Source of the DNA: an uncultured Planctomycetota bacterium | GTDB taxonomy: Bacteria; Planctomycetota; Planctomycetia; Isosphaerales; Isosphaeraceae | Length of the DNA stretch: 64,000 bases | Direction of reading: 5' to 3' | Assembly (NCBI GenBank): GCA_963845755.1 | Contig: CAWJTV010000041.1 | Coordinates: 608,001 to 672,000 of the forward strand | In this document: positions 56,550 through 64,000 of the stretch, one piece after another | Numbering within the stretch: the first letter of the stretch is position 1 | Layout of the letters: each line of letters begins with the position of its first letter | Translations under genes and position numbers: made by a program | The notes under the pieces: model-generated | Databases searched by the model: none | Told to the model about the DNA's origin: nothing | The model's input: only the letters and a program-made list of their open reading frames with translations

Positions 56550-58094
56550 ATGAACGTCCGTTTGCTCGAACTGTCTCGCCGACGGACTTCGGCCGTCGGC
56601 ATCGCCGCGCTCGCCGTCGCCTGCATGGTTGCCGACGGTCGCAAGAGCGCCCATGCTCAAGGCGGGAGAGCCGCGAATCAGCAGCCGGGGCAAGGGCTCG
56701 ACACGCCGCGTAGCCTGAGTTCTTACGGCATGTCACCCCTTCGGGGTCGATACTGGTCTTATCCCGTCAGCGACCCGACGGCCGCCGAGCGCGCGGCGCT
56801 CGCGAGCCGGATCTATCGAGACCTTCTCGACGAGTCGGTGCCTCGAGCCCTGACACCACACCGACCGGGCGGTGGCCCACGGGACGTCGAGGCCCTCTTC
56901 CGCCTCGAGTTGGCGGAGCGGTTGGGGCAATGGTCTCTCCGCTGGCAGGAAGCCCAGGACAACGCCGCGAAGAGCCGGGCCGCCCGCTACCAGGCCTTGT
57001 CCGATCACCTCCGCCGCATGAGTTCCCTGGAGTCCGGCCGGTTCCGGCATGACACGGCCAGGGCGGCCGGAGGGTCGGTCGAGACCAGGCCGCCCCGCGA
57101 GTTCGCAGAAGTCGCCCGGTTCTTCCGGCGGGTCAACGAGCATGGCATCGACCGGATTATTCCCGCGCTCCTCCAGTCCGAGCGGCCGCTCAATCCGGTG
57201 GGCGTCGCGGTGACTCCTGCCGAGCAGGTCGAGATCGCGGGCCGAGTCTACCGGGCGATCCTGGACGAAGCCGTCGATCGATTCGCGGCCTCACCGCCCG
57301 CGGGCGAGCCTCGCTTGCAGGAGGGAGGGATTTCCGACGGGCTGCTCGCCGAGCGGCTGGCGTACTGGTCGGACCTCTGGAGGCACGCGGAGGACGCCGC
57401 CGTCACGGACCGGGCCTCGCTATCGGCCGGGGCCCGCGACCGCGCGGCGCGGGTCGCTCTGGCGGGGGCACGGCTCGCGCGCCCGGACGGGCGCACGGCG
57501 ACTCTCCGGTCGCACATCGAGCGGTTGGGTGGGTTGGAAAGCGGCCGTTTCCTGAACGACGCCCTCAAGAGGGCCGGCCGCGATACCGTTGAGCCCGTCG
57601 ACAAGGCCCGGTTCCGGGCATTCGCCGATGTGGCCCGATTCTTCCGAATCGAAGCCGAGAGCCAATTGCCGAAGGCGTCACGGTCGAGGGACTCAGACGA
57701 TCCATCTTCCAGCCAGGCCGTGGCGGCAGGCCGGATTTACCAGAGGATCCTGGACGAAGCTGTCCGGCGGTACCGCGAGGACGGGGAGCCGACCGACGCC
57801 CGCCTCGTATTCGACCCTCGTCTCGCGGAGCACCTGGCGGCTTGGTCCATCTTCTGGGGGCGCGCCCAGGTTGGCTCGGACGGCAGCCGGGTCGCGCCGT
57901 TCACGGCGATCCGGTCGCATATCGAGCGAATGGCCTCGCTGGAGGACGGCCGATCGCTCCATGACGCCTTCAAGCGAACCGGCCCCCTCAGCGGCGGACG
58001 GGTCGAACTGGCCCCTCCTCGCGAATTCGCCGAGGCCGCCCGGTTCTTCCGCCTGGAAGCCCTGTGGGAGCTGGAGTTGATCAAATCTCGATAG
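56550..58094 (+). CDS. Hypothetical exported protein with three internal helical repeats
   Basis: Repeated RIY..ILDE...LAE.L..WS..W...HI.RM.SLE.GR...FA..ARFFR. Confidence 0.7.
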   Translation: MNVRLLELSRRRTSAVGIAALAVACMVADGRKSAHAQGGRAANQQPGQGLDTPRSLSSYGMSPLRGRYWSYPVSDPTAAERAALASRIYRDLLDESVPRALTPHRPGGGPRDVEALFRLELAERLGQWSLRWQEAQDNAAKSRAARYQALSDHLRRMSSLESGRFRHDTARAAGGSVETRPPREFAEVARFFRRVNEHGIDRIIPALLQSERPLNPVGVAVTPAEQVEIAGRVYRAILDEAVDRFAASPPAGEPRLQEGGISDGLLAERLAYWSDLWRHAEDAAVTDRASLSAGARDRAARVALAGARLARPDGRTATLRSHIERLGGLESGRFLNDALKRAGRDTVEPVDKARFRAFADVARFFRIEAESQLPKASRSRDSDDPSSSQAVAAGRIYQRILDEAVRRYREDGEPTDARLVFDPRLAEHLAAWSIFWGRAQVGSDGSRVAPFTAIRSHIERMASLEDGRSLHDAFKRTGPLSGGRVELAPPREFAEAARFFRLEALWELELIKSR

Positions 58095-58147
58095 GCTGGG
58101 GATTGAGACCTTATCCGCGAGTGATTCGCCAAGAGGAGCCAGGTTCG

Positions 58148-60413
58148 ATGCTGAGACTTGGAGGATTCAAGGCCGCTCTCGGTTTCCTGCTGATCGCGGC
58201 CGTGGCGCGGGCGGACATCGGACCGTTGCGCTACGATTTCGAGAAGGACGACGTCGGCAAAGCCCCTGCGGACTGGGTCCTGACGACGCGCGGCTACCGA
58301 GCCGAGGTGGTGAAGGGTGGCGCGCGCGAAGGCCAACAATGTGTCCGGATTCGGGTTCAAGGGGATGCGCCGAAAGGTGGGGTCGCTATCCTGCTTCGGT
58401 CGATTGACGCGAGGCCGTACCGCGGCCGCATGATCCGCATGCGCGGGTCCGCGCGAATCGAGCCGACGGGGCCGGTCGACCGCGTGCAATTCTGGCTGCG
58501 CGTCGACCGCGCCGGCAACCAGATGGGCTTCTTCGACAATATGGACGACCGCCCGATTCGGAACCGAACCTGGGGCGAGTCCGAGATCGTCGGCGACGTC
58601 GCCCCGGACGCCGAGTCCATCGTCTTCGGCGTCCTGCTCATCGGCGGCAGCCCGACCTGGATCGACGACGTCCGGCTGGAAGACGCCGGAGCAGTGCCCG
58701 CGACCTCGAGAGAGCCGGCGCGGCCTCTGGAGGGGCGGGGACTCGACAACCTGGTCGCCCTCACGCGCCTGCTGGGCTACGTCCGTCACTTCCACCCGAG
58801 CGACGCGGCCGCCTCGACGGACTGGGACGCGACGGCTATGGCGGGCGTCCGCGAGATCGAATCGGCGAAGGACCCGGCGGACCTGGCCCAACGGCTCGAA
58901 AAGCTGTTCCGCCCGCTGGGCCCGACGGTCCGCGTTTTCCCGACCGGCGCCGCACCGTCCACTCCCGACGACTTGAAAATGACGGCAAAAGCGCAGAGAG
59001 ATCGTCTCCTGGGACCATTTCGGCTACGGCAACGATTCGAACCGGCAGTTCCAGATCTATACAAGCCGTCGTCAGCGTTGGAAGCTGACCGACGGTCGCC
59101 GTCCCGACGCGGCACCCGACCCGGCCGAAGCGTTTCGCGCCGATCTGGGCGGAGGCGTCTCCTGCCTGGTCCCGCTGGCCCTGTACGGCGACGACGCCGG
59201 TACACTCCCGCACGCGAAGACCGACCCCGCGAAGCCGGCACTCTCGCGCTACTCGGGCGACGACCGTACGACACGCCTGGCGGATGTCGCCCTCGGGTGG
59301 AACGTCCTCCAGCACTTCTACCCCTATTTCGACGTCGTGACAACCGACTGGTCCGCGGTGCTCCGTGCGGCGTTAACCTCGGCGGCCCAGGACCCCGACG
59401 AGCGCGCGTTCCTGGCGACGCTCCGGCGGATGGTCGCCGCCTTGAACGACGGCCATGGCGGGGTCTCCATGACACCCGGTGGCGACCCGACCGGCTCCCC
59501 TCCCCTGGCCTGGGACTGGATCGAAGGCCAGGTCGTCGTGACGCGGGTCGGCGACCGGGTCAAGGATGCCAAGCCCGGCGACATCATTCGAACGATCGAC
59601 GGTAAGCCCGCCGCCGAGGCGCTGGCCGACGTCGAGCGATCGATCTCCGGCGCGACTCCACAATGGCGGCGCTACATTGGCTTGAAACGCCTGGGTGCCG
59701 GCGCGCCGGGCTCCGAGGTCGTCCTCGGGCTCGGCGATGCCGGTCAGCCGCCTCGGACGGTCCGCCTGTCCCGCGAACAGGGTCGACCGGAAGACTCGCG
59801 ACCGCCGAAGCTCCAGGAGGTCCGCAAGGGGATTTATTATGTGGATGTGAGTCGGATCGACGATGAGGACTTCCGCCGGGCACTGCCCGACCTGGAGCGC
59901 GCCGAGGGGATCGTCTTCGACTTCCGCGGCTATCCCAGCAAGCTAAACCCCTTCACCTTCTTCGCGCACCTGACCGAGAAGCCGATGACCAGCGCACAGT
60001 GGCATGTCCCGCAGCTCCGGCGGCCCGATCGCGAGCGGATGACTTTCCAGCGGCAGGGCGAGTGGAAGATCTCGGCGACCAAGCCTTACCTGAATGCGAA
60101 GAAGGCGTTCATCACCGACGGGCGAGCCATCAGTTACGCCGAGTCGTGCATGGGGATCGTCGAGCACTACAAGCTCGGCGCGATCGTCGGCGGTCCGACG
60201 GCCGGGACCAACGGCAATGTCAACCCGTTCGCCCTGCCGGGTGGTTACCGGGTGGTCTGGACGGGGATGAAGGTGCTCAAGCACGACGGCTCCCGACATC
60301 ACGGCGTCGGCATCTTGCCGACGGTTCCCGTCTCGCGGACGATCGCGGGCGTCGCCGCCGGCCGCGACGAATTGCTGGAGAAGGCGATCGAGGTCGTCGG
60401 CGGCAAGCCATGA
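58148..60413 (+). CDS. S41-family peptidase with N-terminal carbohydrate-binding-like domain (frameshifted at about 59000-59090)
   Basis: GYVRHFHPSD, WNVLQHFYPYF, LNDGH, FDFRGYP, AISYAES, TAGTNGN, HGVGILP. Confidence 0.88.
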
Positions 60414-60480
60414 GATCCGAGGTGGTGGTGCGTGAGGCGCGAGTTTTCCGACTTCGCCCAACATCGGGGACCGTAAGTGT

Positions 60481-62373
60481 CTAATCGGCCATGACTGGAG
60501 GAGCCTTCACGATCTGTTCGAGGGCCTCCGCGGCCCACATCCGGACCCACGGGCTCGAGTGCTTGCGGAACTCGTTCAGGCGGGGGATGGCTAACCTTGC
60601 TCCACTGCCGAGACGGCCGACGTTTTCGAACCAACCATCGAGGATTCCTATCCAGTTCTGGTCATTGTATGCGGGCATGTCCTCGAGCTCTTCCAGATAA
60701 CGGCGGGTCAGCCAATCAGTCTCGAAACTCGTTCGGCCCATGGCAGCGATCACTCTGGCCCGAGCCTCCAGATTGAGTCGCATCTCCCGGTGTCCCTGGT
60801 TGCTCACTACTTGTTTGAGCCATTGCTCGGCGGAATCCTTCCCGTCCGGGGCCAGCTGATACAGCGCGATTACGAGTTCCGGATGGTATCGAGACTCTTC
60901 ACCATATTCTGTCATCAAATTCTGAAGGATTGGGATCGCGGCTTTGGCTTCGGGTCCAATCTGTCCCAGGGCCAGTATGACCGCACGGTAGAGAGGCCCA
61001 TTCTGGTGCTCGTTCTCACGCGTTCTGATCATTTCAATCAAGGCGGGGATTGCGGCCTTCGCCTCGGCCTCAAAGGAGCCGAGAACCTCGGCAGCGGTTT
61101 TGGCGGCATGGTAATCGCGCCCCGGGCCCATGAGCTTGAATCGGTGATTCAGAGCACCAATCAGGATGGGGATTGACGACTTCGCCCGCGGGTCGATGCG
61201 TCGCAGGGCCTTGACTGCGCTGACCTGCGGATCATAGTCATTCTCGAATACCTTTGAGAAATCGCGTGTCACGGTGTTCGACAGAGCGGAGACGGCGTCC
61301 TTGGCCCGCGGCCCTAGCAGGCCGAGGCACCTGGCCGCAGTGTCAACGATTTCGAACTCCTCGTGCTTCAGGGCCTCGATCAACACGGGCACGCATTCCG
61401 TGCCATCAGGATCGATCTGCACGAGGACCTCCAGGAGAACCGTGATGAATGCCGTGTTATCAGACCCGTTCTTCACGAGGCCGATCAATTTGGGTAACGC
61501 CGCCTTGGCCCTCGTCCCGAGGCGCGCCAGCGCCTCGGCGACCAGCTCGTCACCAATGTCTGGGTCGTCGGGAATCTTTAAGGCTTCGATCAGCACCGGG
61601 ATCGATTCCACCGCGGAAGGCTCGATGTGCGCGAGGTCGACCGCTGCGGAGATGCGGATTCGGGACCGCTTGTCCGTCAGGGCCGCACGAAGGGCGGGAA
61701 CCGCATCATGGGCACTCGGTCCCAGCATGGCCAGTTCATTAGTGATGTCGGGTTGAGCTTCGCGGAGGACCATGTCGAGCAGCTTCCGGACAGGCGGTGC
61801 GCCGATCCGCTCCAGGGCGAGGACCACCTCGAAATCGTTGCCAGCCGCTTCGTCGAGCAAGTCGTTCAAGACCGGCACAGCGGCCTTGGCCTCCGGTCCG
61901 ATCCGACCCAGCGCCTCGACAACCTCCCCAACGAGGTTGTCGGGATCTCGCTGGGGATCAAAGGGGGGTCTGATGACGCGGATGAGCGACGGAACGGCCG
62001 CCCGCGCCGGTGGGCCGATCCTCCCGAGAACCGAAGCCGCGCGGGCGCGCATCTCTCCGTCCGGCTCGTTGAGCATGTCACGGAGCGCCGGCACGGATGG
62101 GCCACCGATCCGGACCAGGGCATCGAATGCTTCACTCCAGAATTGGAAGTGGTGGAGCGCCTCGATCAAATCCGGGACCGCCGCTTCGGCCTCTGGCCCG
62201 AAGTATTCCAGGGCCACCAGTGCCTGCCGGCGCTGGTCCTCAGTGCTCGACTTGTCGCGATAGACCGCGATCCATGCCCCGACCGTCTTCCCCCAGAGCA
62301 TACGTGGTTCCTCGGCCCGGGCCGATTGAAGCCAACCGGCGAGGATGAGCAAAATCAGCACGTTGGCTCGCAT
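60481..62373 (-). CDS. HEAT-repeat protein with signal peptide
   Basis: Repeated ALGRIGP.AKAAVP.L units. Confidence 0.9.
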   Translation of the reverse strand: MRANVLILLILAGWLQSARAEEPRMLWGKTVGAWIAVYRDKSSTEDQRRQALVALEYFGPEAEAAVPDLIEALHHFQFWSEAFDALVRIGGPSVPALRDMLNEPDGEMRARAASVLGRIGPPARAAVPSLIRVIRPPFDPQRDPDNLVGEVVEALGRIGPEAKAAVPVLNDLLDEAAGNDFEVVLALERIGAPPVRKLLDMVLREAQPDITNELAMLGPSAHDAVPALRAALTDKRSRIRISAAVDLAHIEPSAVESIPVLIEALKIPDDPDIGDELVAEALARLGTRAKAALPKLIGLVKNGSDNTAFITVLLEVLVQIDPDGTECVPVLIEALKHEEFEIVDTAARCLGLLGPRAKDAVSALSNTVTRDFSKVFENDYDPQVSAVKALRRIDPRAKSSIPILIGALNHRFKLMGPGRDYHAAKTAAEVLGSFEAEAKAAIPALIEMIRTRENEHQNGPLYRAVILALGQIGPEAKAAIPILQNLMTEYGEESRYHPELVIALYQLAPDGKDSAEQWLKQVVSNQGHREMRLNLEARARVIAAMGRTSFETDWLTRRYLEELEDMPAYNDQNWIGILDGWFENVGRLGSGARLAIPRLNEFRKHSSPWVRMWAAEALEQIVKAPPVMAD

Positions 62374-62474
62374 GAGAATTGCCTCGTCATCGGCGGTTGG
62401 ATTAGACGACGATCCAGGCTCCAAAGTGGGTGACGTCGGGACGCGTCCGGGTATTCGCCATCCTCAATTGTCGA

Positions 62475-62807
62475 TCAACCGACAATGACTCTTGTCCCAG
62501 CCTCCGTGGCTCGACGGGCGGGCCGGATGATGATCTCGACATCACGACCCAGGGCGTTGAGGAACCGGAACAGCCGATCGATCGAGAACTCGTCGAGCTG
62601 ACCCCGTATCAGCGCGGAGACCTGCGGCCGATCGATGCCGAGAACTGCCGCGGCCCGGGTTTGCGTCAGTTTTCGCTCGGCGATGATGTCGCAGATGCGT
62701 TGCACCAGCTCCGCCTTGGCCAGTAACTCCTCAGGGTTCTCGAGGTCCAGGTCTGCAAAGACGTTGCCACTACTCGGTTCAATGATCTCCGGAGGTTCCT
62801 GACTCAT
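62475..62807 (-). CDS. XRE-family HTH antitoxin (HigA-like)
   Basis: SSGNVFADL, LTQTRAAAVLGIDRPQVSAL, FSIDRL..FL.ALG. Confidence 0.9.
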   Translation of the reverse strand: MSQEPPEIIEPSSGNVFADLDLENPEELLAKAELVQRICDIIAERKLTQTRAAAVLGIDRPQVSALIRGQLDEFSIDRLFRFLNALGRDVEIIIRPARRATEAGTRVIVG

Positions 62808-63186
62808 CGTCTTCCGATCGTCTTGCCGCATGATGCTTCTCCGCCGCTTTGAGCCGGCGCCGGATGGTTTCGACTTCCGGCGTCGGTGTCTTGATGCCCT
62901 TCTTGGATTTCTTCTGGAAGATGTGAAGGACGTAAACCGTTCCAGGAAGTTTGACGGTATAAACCCCTCGGTAGGTACTGCTATCCTGATTTTTGACAAA
63001 CTCCAGAATGCCAGCTCCACCGAAGCCTTTGAGAGGCTTGGCATCCGGGTTCTTGCGGCCGATCTGAGCCTGCCAGAAGGCAAAGCCGATCGCCAGGCGA
63101 ACTTCCGGCGGGAAGCCTTTCAGGTCGTTCCGACTCGACCCAATCCAGAAAAGCGGTTTCGGTGCGTCCGTCTCTCCTGTGCTCAT
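62779..63186 (-). CDS. RelE/ParE-superfamily (Gp49-like, HigB-type) toxin
   Basis: FWIGSS..DLK.FP, AKPLKG.G, TYR.VY, YVLH.FQKKS; toxin-first order. Confidence 0.9.
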   Translation of the reverse strand: MSTGETDAPKPLFWIGSSRNDLKGFPPEVRLAIGFAFWQAQIGRKNPDAKPLKGFGGAGILEFVKNQDSSTYRGVYTVKLPGTVYVLHIFQKKSKKGIKTPTPEVETIRRRLKAAEKHHAARRSEDDESGTSGDH

Positions 63187-63478
63187 AGATGCCAGTTTGA
63201 GCTGAGATCGACAAGGCTGTCCAGAGATGGGGCTTCGATCGCGGCCTAGAAACATCGAGCGACCAACCGAGTAGACTCCCGCCTGCCAAAATGGCAGCGG
63301 ATCGAGCCGTAGTCCTTCGGCAAACAGTCGCATCTGCCAAAAACGACGATCCGAGGCCGATACCGGCTTGCGACATTAGCTCCGGGGAAGTATATCGATA
63401 TGGGTCACCTTGAGCGGAGTCGCGGCATGGCCGCCGGTTCGGGGCTCCTTTCCGGACGGGATCGTTCGGGGGAGCGGC

Positions 63479-64000
63479 ATGGAGGGTGGATCCTTGGACG
63501 CTCAGGTCCCGGTCTTCAATGGAGTCGACGCCGGTCCGGCCTGGCTGGGAAGCGTCGGGGAGATGATCTCGCGCACCGTGCAGCCTGCGTCCGACCTGAT
63601 GCTCGGACTGGCTTGCCTGATCCTGGCGGCGGTCGCCGCCGAGTCCCTGATCCGATGGCGGCATTCTGTCGCGGCGTCTTTCGCGCGCGGCAGGGTCTGG
63701 GTGCTGGGAGCTATCCTGGTCGTCTGCGGACTCTTACAGCTCGTCCAGGTCATTGCGGTGGCGCCGGCGGGTCGCATCGCGGCGGCGCCGCTGCTCGCGG
63801 CGGTCGCCTGCTGGGCGGCAACGCTCAGTCTGCGCCAGTCCGGTGCAATCGCGTTGTCGATCCCAGCGCGGCCGAGCCCCGATGCCCACCCTGCTCTGCC
63901 GAGTCCCAGCGCGGAGGCGGACACGGTCGTGGTCGTGAGCCGTCGCCGACTGGAGGATGACCTCCGGCGCAGCGAGGCCCAGGTGCGAGAGTTTGCCCAG
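63479..64000 (+). CDS. Membrane protein, probably N-terminus of a sensor kinase (runs off window)
   Basis: Open frame from ATG 63479 with three hydrophobic segments, then RRRLEDDLRRSEAQVRE coiled linker. Confidence 0.55.
   Translation, partial: MEGGSLDAQVPVFNGVDAGPAWLGSVGEMISRTVQPASDLMLGLACLILAAVAAESLIRWRHSVAASFARGRVWVLGAILVVCGLLQLVQVIAVAPAGRIAAAPLLAAVACWAATLSLRQSGAIALSIPARPSPDAHPALPSPSAEADTVVVVSRRRLEDDLRRSEAQVREFAQ

Noticed and set aside
7339..60413. Numerous frameshifts (lipoprotein, AhpD, rtcA, kinase, histidine kinase, S41, marR) as pseudogenes or programmed frameshifting
   Set aside because: They are scattered single-base indels, mostly in GC runs, in otherwise intact genes; this is typical long-read error. 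The three in-frame TGAs are a different class because they align with catalytic Cys.
1..64000. Genome-wide TGA reassignment as the explanation for in-frame TGAs
   Set aside because: Many genes here end normally at TGA (for example the DUF1559 genes, ECF and methyltransferase); read-through is implied only at redox-motif positions

Overview
This is a GC-rich Planctomycetota (Isosphaeraceae-like) chromosomal window. Many single-base frameshifts in otherwise intact genes suggest long-read indel errors. The most striking region is about 3.6-22.8 kb on the minus strand, where four tandem, modular operons each start with a sigma70-like promoter and a paralogous Cys/His/Pro-rich secreted leader ORF with a xPP motif near its C-terminus (FHPP in three copies, ERPP in one). 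A long leader follows, then mixes of DUF1559 pilin-like proteins, lipoproteins, AhpD/CMD redox proteins and EF-hand deiodinase-like proteins. Three of these redox genes have an in-frame TGA at the catalytic Cys position followed by a SECIS-like hairpin, so they are probable selenoproteins that the ORF track splits. Each has a Cys-encoding family member in a neighbouring operon. The rest of the window holds rtcA, a giant GH81/Ig-repeat surface protein divergent from an ECF sigma-Ser/Thr kinase-WD40 pair, and a DUF1573/Cys-rich peptide/DUF1559/TPR-sulfotransferase cluster interrupted by IS3 and ISAzo13 elements. It also contains nested palindromic miniature elements, a MarR-methyltransferase pair, a hybrid histidine kinase, an S41 peptidase, a HEAT-repeat protein and a HigBA-type toxin-antitoxin pair. 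No rRNA, tRNA or CRISPR array was seen.
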